Source: Sinorhizobium meliloti
GTDB taxonomy: Bacteria; Pseudomonadota; Alphaproteobacteria; Rhizobiales; Rhizobiaceae
Assembly (NCBI RefSeq): GCF_017876815.1
Contig: NZ_JAGIOS010000001.1
Span: 1 to 32,000 of the forward strand
DNA length: 32,000 bases
Direction of reading: 5' to 3'
Part shown: positions 1 to 8,725 of the stretch, one piece after another
How positions within the stretch are numbered: the stretch's first letter is position 1
How the letters are laid out: every line of letters begins with the position of its first letter
The notes under the pieces: generated by a model
Database searches by the model: none
Seen by the model: the letters and a program-made list of their open reading frames with translations, nothing else
Told to the model about the DNA's origin: nothing
Made by a program: the position numbers and the translations under genes

Positions 1-1825
1 AGGACGGGGTTTCGGCGAAGGTGGAATTGAGGAAGGAACGCGCCGGCGACGTGGCCAGCCGGAACGGATGCCGCTCGTCGGCCACCTCGATGAGGTCGAC
101 GTGATCGGGAAACTCGGGAAGCTGACCGTGTGGCCCCTGAGCCCCCATCGCCTTCGGTGGCCGGTTCGGCGCGGGCGTACCCGTCCAATCCGCCTTGAAC
201 CGGAACCTGCCGTCCGGATGCCCGAAACCGTTGAGGAAATGCGCCTCGTCGAAAGCCGGTTGGCAATCGAGCCATTTCCGCTCTTTCATCTCGTCGTAGC
301 CGATGCCGTAATTGGCGAGCAATTGGTCGATATGCTGCCGTTCCGTCAGGCGGAAGCCGGGACAGTCTGCAACGCCGAGACGCTTTGCCAGCTCTTCGAT
401 GACGAAAAGATTGGTGCGCACGGTCGGCGGCGGCTCGACGACTTTCGGCCCGAGCAGGATATGCTGGTGGCCGCCACCGCGATAAAGATCGTCGTGCTCG
501 AGGAACATGGTGGCCGGCAGGACGATATCCGCGAGCTGCGCGGTGTCCGTCATGAATTGCTCGTGCACGGCGACGAAGACGTCGTCGCGCAGGAAGCCGC
601 GCTTCACCAGCCGCTGCTCCGGTGCGACATTGACCGGATTGGTGTTCTGGATGAGCAGTGCCGTCACGGGGCCGCGATGGCGAAGCGCTTCGGCATCTCC
701 GGTCAGAACGCGGCCGATCTGCGACTGGTCGAGCATGCGCACATCCGGATCGTGAAAGGCGCTGCCGACGAGTTCGCGCTTGTCCAGCCGGAAAATGTCG
801 TTGTTCGAATGGAAGGCGCCGCCGCCCTCATGTTTCCAGGAGCCGAGCACCGTGGCAACGGAGGCTGCGGCATGGATCGCGACGGAACCGTTGCGCTGGC
901 GGGTGAAGCCGTAGCCGAGACGGAAATAGGTCCGCGGCGTCGTTCCGACGAGTCTCGCGAAAGCTTCGATCTCCTCCACCGAAAGCCCGGTGATCGCGGA
1001 GGCCCATTCCGGTCCGCGCGTCTTCAGATGCGCTTCGAGTCCCGCGGGATCGTCGGCGAATTCAGCCATGTAGGCGCGGCCCGCATGACCGTCGCGGAAG
1101 GCGACGTGCATGACGGCGCAGGCGAGCGCCGCGTCGGTGCCGGGCTTCAGGACCAGCCCCATATCGGCCTGCTTGATCGTCGGATTGTCGTAGACGTCGA
1201 TGACGACGATCTTGGCGCCGCGCTCCTTTCGCGCCTTGACCGCGTGGGTCATGACGTTGACCTGCGTCGCCACCGCATTGGTGCCCCAGATCACCACGCA
1301 ATCGGACTTGGCCATCTCCCTTGGGTCCGGTCCGCGCAGGGTACCGGTCCCCATGGTGTAGCCGGTCCAGGCCATGTTGGTGCAGATCGACCCGAAGAAG
1401 CCGGAATAACGCTTGGCGTGGCGCAGCCGCTCGATGGAGTCGCGCTGCACCTGCCCCATGGTCCCGGCATAGAAATAGGGCCAGACCGCCTCCGAGCCGT
1501 GTCTCTGTTCGGCCTTGACGAACTGGTCGGCGATCTCGTCGAGGGCCGTCTCCCAGGAAATCTCCTGCCAACGCCCCTCGCCCTTCGCACCGACCCGGCG
1601 TTGCGGCACCATCAAGCGGCCGGGATGATAGATACGCTCCGCATAGCGGGCGACCTTGGCGCAGATGACCCCGGCGGTGTAGGTGTTTTCCGCCGCGCCG
1701 CGTACGCGCCCGATCCGGCCCTCGGCGGTGAGGTCGACCTCCAGCGCACAAGCCGAGGGACAGTCATGCGGACAGACCGAATGGCCGATTGTCTTTTCTT
1801 GTCTGATAGGGGTCGCAACGTTCAT
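1..1825 (-). CDS. Molybdopterin (bis-MGD) oxidoreductase family protein, N-terminal ~608 aa; the 3' end runs off the left edge
   Basis: It is absent from the ORF track because it has no stop inside the window. My reverse-strand translation from ATG 1825..1823 stays open to position 1. It reads MNVATPIRQEKTIGHSVCPHDCPSACALEV..., with the Cys-x2-Cys-x3-Cys 4Fe-4S motif of Mo/W bis-MGD enzymes. It continues through ...DCVVIWGTNAV..., ...KIVVIDVYDNPT... and ...LIQNTNPVNV..., which are typical of this superfamily. The 612-aa + ORF 68..1906 is its antisense shadow. Confidence 0.85.
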   Translation of the reverse strand, partial: MNVATPIRQEKTIGHSVCPHDCPSACALEVDLTAEGRIGRVRGAAENTYTAGVICAKVARYAERIYHPGRLMVPQRRVGAKGEGRWQEISWETALDEIADQFVKAEQRHGSEAVWPYFYAGTMGQVQRDSIERLRHAKRYSGFFGSICTNMAWTGYTMGTGTLRGPDPREMAKSDCVVIWGTNAVATQVNVMTHAVKARKERGAKIVVIDVYDNPTIKQADMGLVLKPGTDAALACAVMHVAFRDGHAGRAYMAEFADDPAGLEAHLKTRGPEWASAITGLSVEEIEAFARLVGTTPRTYFRLGYGFTRQRNGSVAIHAAASVATVLGSWKHEGGGAFHSNNDIFRLDKRELVGSAFHDPDVRMLDQSQIGRVLTGDAEALRHRGPVTALLIQNTNPVNVAPEQRLVKRGFLRDDVFVAVHEQFMTDTAQLADIVLPATMFLEHDDLYRGGGHQHILLGPKVVEPPPTVRTNLFVIEELAKRLGVADCPGFRLTERQHIDQLLANYGIGYDEMKERKWLDCQPAFDEAHFLNGFGHPDGRFRFKADWTGTPAPNRPPKAMGAQGPHGQLPEFPDHVDLIEVADERHPFRLATSPARSFLNSTFAETPS

Positions 1826-1911
1826 GGCTTTTCTATATGGCATGGCCAGGGACGCTCAAAGCCCCATTCGCCATTCATCGAAACAATTGATCGCGGCCAT
1901 CGGTAACGCTT

Positions 1912-2781
1912 ATGAACTACCGGCACATCTACCACGCGGGCAACTTCGCCGATGTCCTGAAGCACGCGGTGCTGGCGCGGCTCGTCACCTATCTGAAGCA
2001 GAAGGACAAGGCCTTCCGCGTGCTGGACACCCATGCGGGGATCGGCGTTTACGACCTTTCGAGCGAGGAAGCGCAGAAGACCGGCGAATGGCGCGAGGGC
2101 ATCGGAAGGCTGATCGAGGCCGAGCTTCCCGCGCCGGTCGCCGCCATTCTCGAACCATATCTTTCCGCCGTTCGCGACCTCAATCCCGAAGGCGGCCTCA
2201 TGCATTATCCGGGGTCGCCGAAGCTCGCCCGCATGTTGCTTCGTCCGCAGGACCGGCTGTCGGCCATGGAACTTCATCCGGAGGATCACGAGGCGCTGCA
2301 CCGGCTCTTCGAAGGCGATTTCCAGAGCCGCATCACCCGGCTCGACGGCTGGCTGGCGCTGGGCGCACATCTGCCGCCGAAGGAAAAGCGAGGGCTCGTT
2401 CTCGTCGATCCTCCGTTCGAAGCCGAAGGCGAGTATGAGCGGCTGGTGGATGGGCTTGCCAAGGCATACCGCCGGTTCACCGGCGGCATCTACTGCCTCT
2501 GGTATCCGCTGAAGAAGGGCGCGCCGATCAGGGATTTTCACGAGTCGCTCAAGGCTTTGGAAATCCCGAAGATGCTTTGCGCCGAACTGTCGGTGCGCAG
2601 CGATCGCGTTACCCCGGGGCTCGCGGGATCGGGCCTCGTCATCGTCAACCCGCCCTTCACGTTGAAAGGCGAACTCGACATTCTCCTACCCTACCTGAAG
2701 ACACAACTCGCCCAGGATCGTTTCGCTTCGGGACGTTGCTTCTGGCTGCGCGGCGAGGCGCCGCTCAATCGAGGGCCTTGA
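1912..2781 (+). CDS. rlmJ: 23S rRNA (adenine2030-N6)-methyltransferase RlmJ
   Basis: The N-terminus MNYRHIYHAGNFADVLKH matches the RlmJ/YhiR signature (YRHxFHAGNxADVxKH). The 289-aa length fits, and a DPPF methyltransferase motif (LVLVDPPFE) is present. Confidence 0.85.
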   Translation: MNYRHIYHAGNFADVLKHAVLARLVTYLKQKDKAFRVLDTHAGIGVYDLSSEEAQKTGEWREGIGRLIEAELPAPVAAILEPYLSAVRDLNPEGGLMHYPGSPKLARMLLRPQDRLSAMELHPEDHEALHRLFEGDFQSRITRLDGWLALGAHLPPKEKRGLVLVDPPFEAEGEYERLVDGLAKAYRRFTGGIYCLWYPLKKGAPIRDFHESLKALEIPKMLCAELSVRSDRVTPGLAGSGLVIVNPPFTLKGELDILLPYLKTQLAQDRFASGRCFWLRGEAPLNRGP

Positions 2782-2832
2782 CGGATAAGGTTCTGTGGCT
2801 TCAATCTCTTACGACGACTCAGGGAGGTAGCC

Positions 2833-3276
2833 ATGACTTGCAAGCTTGCCGCAATGCTTCTCACCTCGCTTTCCCTCGTTGCCGGCATGGCCAGCAGCGT
2901 GGCCGCCGCAGACTTTGCGGAAGTTCCCGTCGCCCGGCACACCTACGACGTCGGCGTTTGCGGCAACCCCTCCGTCCTCGGCTTCATCACCCGACGCTTC
3001 GACTACAAGGCGGCGAACTACCTGCGCGCCAACATCGCCATCGCCGAGATCCGCGAAATGGGTCAGAGCCGCTTCGAACCGCGCGATTACACCCATCTGG
3101 TGGAACGCGAATATTGCTACGCGACCGCGGTGATGACGGACGGCGTTCGGCGCCCGATGTGGTATCTGATCGAGAGACCATGGGGTTTTGCCGGCGTCGG
3201 GTCCAATATCGAGTTCTGCGTCGGCGGCCTCGACCCATGGTATGTCTACGGCGCCAACTGCGCTTCGCTTCGGTGA
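2833..3276 (+). CDS. Secreted hypothetical protein (signal peptide, 4 Cys)
   Basis: A GGGAGG Shine-Dalgarno sits about 6 nt upstream. The N-terminal signal peptide is MTCKLAAMLLTSLSLVAGMASSVAA|AD. The mature part has four Cys and normal codon usage. I recognise no domain. Confidence 0.6.
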   Translation: MTCKLAAMLLTSLSLVAGMASSVAAADFAEVPVARHTYDVGVCGNPSVLGFITRRFDYKAANYLRANIAIAEIREMGQSRFEPRDYTHLVEREYCYATAVMTDGVRRPMWYLIERPWGFAGVGSNIEFCVGGLDPWYVYGANCASLR

Positions 3277-3290
3277 TCAGCACCTGACGC

Positions 3291-4088
3291 ATGTCGCCCA
3301 AAAGTGCGCAGCGGCTTTGGGACAACGACATGCTTGAGTACAAAAAGCTGAAGCGCATCTCACGAATTCGATCGAACGCGACGCGTTTCTGGCTGCTGCC
3401 GGCAATCGTCGTCCTTGGTACGCTTGTCGGCTGTGGCGGTGAAGACGGCAGCCAGACTGCCCCGAACCCCTCGAAAGATTTGGCGAGAAGTGCGTCAATC
3501 GCGCCTGCGCCCGTCGGCACGGGCTTCGACTTCTATGTGCTTTCCCTCTCCTGGTCGCCGACCTGGTGCGACGCCAACGATCCCAAAGGCAAGTCCGATC
3601 AGTGCGAAACCGGCAGCGGACATGGCCTGATCGTACACGGACTCTGGCCGCAGAACGAAAACGGCTATCCGGAATATTGCCGGACGCGGCACTCGGACCG
3701 CGTGCCCGAATCGCTCGGACGGCAATATTTCGACCTCATCCCCTCTATGGGCCTTATCGGCCACCAGTGGCGCAAGCACGGCACCTGTTCTGGCCTCAGC
3801 CAGAGGGATTATTTCGCGGTCACGCGCGCCGCGCATGAGAGGCTCACCATTCCTCCGGAATTGACGACTGCGGACGGCGCGGAGAGCCTCTCCGTCCAGG
3901 CGATCGAAGCGGCCTTCGAGAAGAAAAATTCCGGGATGACGAGCGAGTCGATCGCTGTTACCTGCGAAGGCAGGCTACTCGAAGAAATCAGGATCTGCTT
4001 CGACAAGGAACTGAAATTCAGGGCTTGTCCTCAAGTCGACCGACAGGCCTGCAGACGAGACACCGTCTCGCTGCCTCCAGCACCATGA
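3291..4088 (+). CDS. Ribonuclease T2 family (RNase I-like) lipoprotein; start may be the internal ATG at 3330
   Basis: Both catalytic RNase T2 motifs are present: CAS I (GLIVHGLWPQ) and CAS II (QWRKHGTCSG). The family-typical FDFYVLSLSWSPTWC is also there. The signal sequence with lipobox LVGC (..LLPAIVVLGTLVGCGG) predicts a lipoprotein. The first ~100 nt overlap a dispersed intergenic repeat, so the start is uncertain. Confidence 0.85.
   Translation: MSPKSAQRLWDNDMLEYKKLKRISRIRSNATRFWLLPAIVVLGTLVGCGGEDGSQTAPNPSKDLARSASIAPAPVGTGFDFYVLSLSWSPTWCDANDPKGKSDQCETGSGHGLIVHGLWPQNENGYPEYCRTRHSDRVPESLGRQYFDLIPSMGLIGHQWRKHGTCSGLSQRDYFAVTRAAHERLTIPPELTTADGAESLSVQAIEAAFEKKNSGMTSESIAVTCEGRLLEEIRICFDKELKFRACPQVDRQACRRDTVSLPPAP
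3296..3400 (+). repeat. Copy of a dispersed rhizobial intergenic element (AAAAGTG-GCGCAGCGG-CTTT ... AAAAAGCTGAAGCGC ... imperfect palindrome centred on TTCGATCGAA)
   Basis: The conceptual translation KSAQRLWDNDMLEYKKLKR matches a motif I remember recurring in intergenic pseudo-ORFs of Rhizobiales. Its 5' core (aaaagtg.gcgc.gcgg.ttt) recurs in reverse orientation at about 10339..10405. The boundaries are approximate. Confidence 0.4.
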
Positions 4089-4102
4089 TGGAAAGACATC
4101 GG

Positions 4103-4693
4103 ATGAAGATACTCTACTCGCCCGCCTCCCCCTATTCGAACAAGGTCCGCATGGCGGCTCATCATGCCGGAATCGCGGCGGAAAGCGTTCTCACGGAAAC
4201 CAATTCCAATCCGCCGCAGCTGATCGACAACAACCCGCTGGGCAAGATTCCGACGCTGATAACCGCGGACGGCCTGGCAATCTACGACAGCCGGGCGATC
4301 ATGCATTTCATCGATCGTGAAACCGGGGGCAAGCTCTATCCGAAGAATCACGAAAAGCGTACCCGGATCGAGATCTTCGAGGCGCTTTGCGACGGCATTT
4401 GCGACAGCCTGCTCGCTATCGTCTACGAGAAACGCTTCCATCCGCCTGAAAAGGTGCACCAGCCCTGGATCGACCGGCAATGGGACAAGGTGGAACGGGG
4501 GCTCGACCACCTCGAAGCGAACCTGCCCAAGACCGGCAGCAAGCTCAATGCCGGTCACTTCGCGCTCGCCGCCACGCTGCGCTACATCGAACTGCGCTTC
4601 GCCGGCGAATGGCAGAAGGGCCGGCCCAAGCTGAAGAACTGGCCTGCCAAATTCGAGAAGCACTTCCCGGATTATTCGAAGTTCAAGGCTTGA
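4103..4693 (+). CDS. Glutathione S-transferase family protein
   Basis: MKILYSPASPYSNKVRM...NPLGKIPTL...DSRAIMHFI is a thioredoxin-like GST N-domain, followed by a helical C-domain. I chose ATG 4103 rather than the track start 4025, which would overlap the RNase T2 3' end. Confidence 0.8.
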   Translation: MKILYSPASPYSNKVRMAAHHAGIAAESVLTETNSNPPQLIDNNPLGKIPTLITADGLAIYDSRAIMHFIDRETGGKLYPKNHEKRTRIEIFEALCDGICDSLLAIVYEKRFHPPEKVHQPWIDRQWDKVERGLDHLEANLPKTGSKLNAGHFALAATLRYIELRFAGEWQKGRPKLKNWPAKFEKHFPDYSKFKA

Positions 4694-4703
4694 GCTTTTG
4701 CGC

Positions 4704-4753
4704 GTGCCCCTCATCCCGCTGCCGCGACCTTCTCCCCGCAGGCGGGGAGAAGG
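4704..4753. repeat. GC-rich RIME-like intergenic repeat, left copy (arm plus internal 10-bp-stem hairpin 4728..4753)
   Basis: The sequence is gtgcccctcatcccgctgccgcga followed by ccttctcccc-gcaggc-ggggagaagg. A reverse-complement copy lies at 4826..4875. Confidence 0.75.
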
Positions 4754-4825
4754 GACACGCAGCCCCGCCTTGCCCCGAATTCAACGGCGAAACAGGCCTG
4801 GCGCTTGCCGCTTAGCCCCTTCGCC

Positions 4826-4875
4826 CCTTCGCCCCGCTTGCGGGGAGAAGGTGCCGGCAGGCGGATGAGGGGCAC
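4826..4875. repeat. GC-rich RIME-like intergenic repeat, right (inverted) copy
   Basis: It has a hairpin ccttcgcccc-gcttgc-ggggagaagg, then tgccggcaggcggatgaggggcac. Its reverse complement gtgcccctcatccgcctgccggcaccttctccccgcaagcgggg differs from the left copy at only a few positions. Confidence 0.75.
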
Positions 4876-4894
4876 GTAAAGCAGCCCACAATAC

Positions 4895-4922
4895 AAAAAG
4901 GCCGGGTCGCCCCGGCCTTTTC
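4895..4922. terminator. Bidirectional rho-independent terminator between the GST and the porin gene
   Basis: The sequence is aaaaaggccggg-tcgc-cccggccttttt. It has a G/C stem flanked by an A-run and a T-run, and lies 17 nt past the porin stop. Confidence 0.8.
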
Positions 4923-4938
4923 GCACTGTTGATGCGGA

Positions 4939-5577
4939 TCAGAACTTGACGCCCATACCGAGTTTGACGCTGTGCTCGTCGTAACCGGACGAGATCGTCG
5001 AACCGCCGGCGCGGAAGTCCTTGGAGCCGTAATCCGTGTAGCGGTATTCGGCACGCGCAGTGATGTTGTCGGTGACGAAGGTTTCGGCGCCGACGCCTGC
5101 GGTCCAACCGACAAGGGTCTTGTCGTCGGAGCCTGCCGGAGTCGAAAGCTTGGCATTGCCGAGTGCGACACCGGCCGTGCCGTAGACGAGAACCGGGTTC
5201 AGGTCGACACCGACGCGACCGCGGACCGAGCCGTTGACACCCTGCTTGACGCGGCGGCCGCTGGAGCGGGAGTCGTTGCCGGTGTAGTTTACGTCGGCCT
5301 CACCGCCATAAACCATCTGACCGTCCTGAACGTTGTAGCCGCCATAGAGACCGCCACCGAAACCGACCGACTTATTGTTGCCGGTCGCATCGGCCTCGCC
5401 ATGGTGCCAGTCGATGGTGCCGCCGACATAGGCGCCGGACCAGTTGCGCACTGCCGGTTCGGTATATTCGGCAGCCGGAGCAGCCGGAACTTCGTCGACC
5501 ACGTCAGCGGCGTGGGCGGCCTGGAAGGCAACGAGGGCCATGGCCGAGGCCATGAGGGTGGTGGTGAGCGTACGCAT
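4939..5577 (-). CDS. ropB: Outer-membrane beta-barrel protein, Omp25/Omp31/RopB family
   Basis: The signal peptide ends AHA|AD. Alternating beta-strand segments are rich in G, Y and T, and the C-terminus ends ...KLGMGVKF with a terminal Phe. A strong AAGGAGAA Shine-Dalgarno is present. The gene symbol comes from my recollection of the Rhizobium/Sinorhizobium gene next to uvrC. Confidence 0.8.
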   Translation of the reverse strand: MRTLTTTLMASAMALVAFQAAHAADVVDEVPAAPAAEYTEPAVRNWSGAYVGGTIDWHHGEADATGNNKSVGFGGGLYGGYNVQDGQMVYGGEADVNYTGNDSRSSGRRVKQGVNGSVRGRVGVDLNPVLVYGTAGVALGNAKLSTPAGSDDKTLVGWTAGVGAETFVTDNITARAEYRYTDYGSKDFRAGGSTISSGYDEHSVKLGMGVKF

Positions 5578-5939
5578 ACTATTCTCCTTTCGAACCGGCG
5601 TTCCGTTTTAGTTGTTTCTCAGCGGAACACCGGACATCTGCAATTAACCCGCCCGGTTGACCCGAAATTGATCAGGAAATGAGGAATCTCAAGAGCCAAA
5701 ATGTGAAATTTTAGTGGCGGCAACGCGACTGAAATGCGATGTTGCAGCGCAGACACAGGTACTTTATTAACCACGATTCAATATTAACGAAAGATATACT
5801 ATAGCAATACAAACTGATGCAAATTACGGCTTCCGCGTTAATTTTTCAGAAATGAATCGTCCGGCGAGAGTTCCGGCGAGCGTTTCCAGCCTATATCTTC
5901 TGCCACTCGGCATCAGGATTCGAAGAACGGGACGAAACG

Positions 5940-6704
5940 TTGAAAAGGACACTCAAGGCGGCGCTCGTTACCGGCGGCGCCCGACGCATCGGCAGGGCAA
6001 TAGTCGAGGATCTGGCGGCGCACGGTTTCGCGCTCGCCATTCACGCGAACGGATCGTTCGCAGAAGCGGAGGCGCTCGCCGGGAAGCTTGGAAAGACCGG
6101 CGCGAGGGCGGTCGCGCTCAGGGCCGATCTTACCGAGGTCGGCGCCGCCTCCGGGCTCGTCGCGGAGGCAACGGCCTTGCTCGGTCCGCTGGATCTCCTC
6201 GTCAACAATGCCTCGGTATTCAACAAGGACAGCCTCGCCGAGTTCGACGAAGCGGTCTGGGAGCGGCACTTCGCGCTGCATGTCAAAGCCCCCTCCCTGC
6301 TCGCCCGCGATTTTGCGCTGCAGCGGCCGGCCGACGTCTCCGGTCTGATCGTCAATGTCATCGATCAGCGCGTCTGGTCTCCAAATCCGCGCTTTTATTC
6401 CTATATGTTGTCCAAATCGGCGCTGTGGACGGCAACCCAGACGATGGCCCAGGCGCTCGCCCCCGACATTCGCGTCAACGGCATCGGACCCGGGCCGACG
6501 CTGCCCAACGAGCGACAGGATCCGCGTGATTTCGAGGCCCAGGTCGAGGCGCTCATCCTCAGGCGCGGTCCGGCGCTCGAGGAATTCGGACGTGCGATCC
6601 GCTTCCTTTTCGACACGCCGTCGGTTACCGGACAGATGATTGCACTCGACGGCGGCCAGCACCTTGCCTGGGAGACGCCGGATATTCGGGAGATAGTGGA
6701 ATGA
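5940..6704 (+). CDS. Short-chain dehydrogenase/reductase (pteridine-reductase-like SDR)
   Basis: It has a TTG start. The cofactor motif is [16 protein letters not shown], with NNAS and a YxxxK-type region (YMLSKSAL). Its stop overlaps the uvrC ATG (ATGA at 6701..6704). Confidence 0.8.
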   Translation: MKRTLKAALVTGGARRIGRAIVEDLAAHGFALAIHANGSFAEAEALAGKLGKTGARAVALRADLTEVGAASGLVAEATALLGPLDLLVNNASVFNKDSLAEFDEAVWERHFALHVKAPSLLARDFALQRPADVSGLIVNVIDQRVWSPNPRFYSYMLSKSALWTATQTMAQALAPDIRVNGIGPGPTLPNERQDPRDFEAQVEALILRRGPALEEFGRAIRFLFDTPSVTGQMIALDGGQHLAWETPDIREIVE

Positions 6705-8725
6705 ACGGGCAGACGCCCACCGATGGCGGCATCCTTTACGACGCCACGGAGACCGACGACGAAGACGATCTGGTTGAAGTGACCGAGGCCGAACGGCCGG
6801 CGCCGGCAATAGGATGGGCGGAGAGCCTGCCGGAAGCGGCGGGCCTCAAGGGAGCCGAACTCATCCAGGCCTTCGTCAAGCGCCTGCCGAACGGGCCCGG
6901 CGTCTACCGGATGCTCAACGAGGCCGGCGACGTGCTCTATGTCGGCAAGGCCCGCAGCCTGAAGAAGCGGGTGAGCAACTATGCGCAGGGGCGAGGCCAC
7001 TCGAACCGCATCGCGCGCATGGTCCGCGAGACTGCGCATATGGAATTCGTGACGACGCGGACGGAGATCGAGGCGCTGCTGCTCGAAGCAAACCTCATCA
7101 AGCGCCTGCGCCCGCGCTTCAACGTGCTTCTGCGCGACGACAAGTCCTTCCCCTATATCGTCGTCACCGGCGATACGCGTGCGCCGGCGCTCTACAAGCA
7201 TCGTGGGGCGCGCAGCCGCAAGGGCGACTATTTCGGCCCCTTCGCCTCGGCCGGAGCAGTCGGACGCACGATCAACTCGCTGCAGCGCGCCTTTCTTCTC
7301 AGAACCTGCACCGACAGTGTCTTCGAAACACGCACGCGCCCCTGTCTGCTCTATCAGATCAAGCGTTGTTCCGCGCCGTGCACGAACGAGGTCAGCGATG
7401 CGGATTACGCGGAACTGGTCAGCGAAGCCAAGGATTTTCTCTCCGGCAAGAGCCAGGCGGTGAAGGCGACCATTGCCTCCGCCATGGCCGAGGCTTCGGA
7501 GAACCTCGATTTCGAGCGTGCCGCGCTTTACCGCGACCGGCTGGCCGCGCTGAGCCACGTCCAGAGCCACCAGGGCATCAATCCGGCCGGCGTCGAGGAA
7601 GCGGACGTCTTCGCCATCCATCACGAAGGCGGCATCTCCTGCATCCAGGTGTTTTTCTTCCGGACGGGGCAGAACTGGGGCAATCGCGCCTATTTTCCGA
7701 AAGCCGATCCTTCGATTCCCCCTGCCGAGGTGCTCAGCGCGTTTCTTGCGCAGTTCTATGACGACAAGCCCTGTCCGCGGCAGGTCCTGCTCTGCGCCCC
7801 CGTCGAGGAACAGGAACTGCTTGCACAGGCGCTCAGCGAGAAATCCGGCTACAAGGTCTCGATCCTCGTGCCGCAGCGCGGAGAGAAGAAGGATCTCGTC
7901 GAGCATGCGCTCGCAAACGCCCGCGAGGCGCATGGCCGCAAGCTCGCCGAAACGGCTTCGCAGGGGCGCCTGCTCGAAGGCTTTGCCGCAACCTTCCAAC
8001 TCCCTTACGTGCCGCGCCGCATCGAGATCTACGACAACTCGCATATTATGGGCACCAATGCGGTGGGCGGCATGGTCGTCGCCGGCCCGGAGGGCTTCGT
8101 CAAAGGCCAGTACCGAAAGTTCAACATAAAATCGACCGACATCACGCCGGGCGACGATTTCGGCATGATGCGCGAGGTCATGACGCGGCGCTTCTCCCGC
8201 CTCCTGAAAGAAGAGGGCAAGCCGGATCGGTCCGCAGAGCCGGGTGAGGATGCCGGTTTCCCCGCGTGGCCCGACGTCATCCTGATCGATGGCGGCCAGG
8301 GCCAGATGACGGCAGTTCGTACGATTCTCAAGGAACTCGGCATTGAGGACTGCGTGACGGCGATCGGCGTCGCCAAGGGCGTCGACCGCGACGCCGGGCG
8401 CGAGCGTTTCTTCGCCGAAGGCCGGGAAAGCTTCACTCTGCCGCCGCGCGACCCCGTCCTCTACTTCATCCAGCGTCTGCGCGACGAAGCGCACCGTTTC
8501 GCGATCGGCTCGCACCGGGCTCGCCGGAAAAAGGAAATGGTCAAGAATCCGCTCGACGAGATCGCCGGAATCGGCCCGACGCGCAAACGCGCGCTCCTCA
8601 CCCATTTCGGAACCGCCAAAGCCGTCTCCCGCGCCGGCATCAACGACCTGATGTCGGTAAACGGCATTTCCGAAACGGTCGCCCGTATCGTCTACGAGCA
8701 TTTCCACGAAGACGCCGCCAAATGA
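6701..8725 (+). CDS. uvrC: Excinuclease ABC subunit C
   Basis: The GIY-YIG motif is [32 protein letters not shown] domain ([11 protein letters not shown]), an endonuclease V-like region and a C-terminal HhH ([11 protein letters not shown]) follow. The N-terminal acidic extension is typical of rhizobia. Confidence 0.95.
   Translation: MNGQTPTDGGILYDATETDDEDDLVEVTEAERPAPAIGWAESLPEAAGLKGAELIQAFVKRLPNGPGVYRMLNEAGDVLYVGKARSLKKRVSNYAQGRGHSNRIARMVRETAHMEFVTTRTEIEALLLEANLIKRLRPRFNVLLRDDKSFPYIVVTGDTRAPALYKHRGARSRKGDYFGPFASAGAVGRTINSLQRAFLLRTCTDSVFETRTRPCLLYQIKRCSAPCTNEVSDADYAELVSEAKDFLSGKSQAVKATIASAMAEASENLDFERAALYRDRLAALSHVQSHQGINPAGVEEADVFAIHHEGGISCIQVFFFRTGQNWGNRAYFPKADPSIPPAEVLSAFLAQFYDDKPCPRQVLLCAPVEEQELLAQALSEKSGYKVSILVPQRGEKKDLVEHALANAREAHGRKLAETASQGRLLEGFAATFQLPYVPRRIEIYDNSHIMGTNAVGGMVVAGPEGFVKGQYRKFNIKSTDITPGDDFGMMREVMTRRFSRLLKEEGKPDRSAEPGEDAGFPAWPDVILIDGGQGQMTAVRTILKELGIEDCVTAIGVAKGVDRDAGRERFFAEGRESFTLPPRDPVLYFIQRLRDEAHRFAIGSHRARRKKEMVKNPLDEIAGIGPTRKRALLTHFGTAKAVSRAGINDLMSVNGISETVARIVYEHFHEDAAK

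Noticed and set aside
68-1906. 612-aa + strand ORF covering the first 1.9 kb
   Set aside because: It is the antisense shadow of the molybdopterin oxidoreductase. Its translation is Arg/Gly/Ala/Asp-rich with no recognisable motifs. The opposite strand gives a clean, motif-bearing enzyme sequence.
4711-5171. Small minus-strand ORFs (71-119 aa) translating the GC-rich repeats (..PAPSPRKRGEGAKG..)
   Set aside because: They are translations of palindromic intergenic repeats and of the antisense of the porin gene. This is a well-known source of spurious small-ORF calls.
5764-5787. Possible CtrA box (TTAA-N7-TTAAC) in the porin upstream region
   Set aside because: The two TTAAC half-sites are separated by 12 nt, not 7, and they are direct rather than in the CtrA arrangement.
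5913-6809. 298-aa minus-strand ORF over the SDR gene
   Set aside because: It is antisense to a well-supported SDR (TGGxRRIG, NNAS and YxxxK motifs) and has a low-complexity Arg-rich translation.
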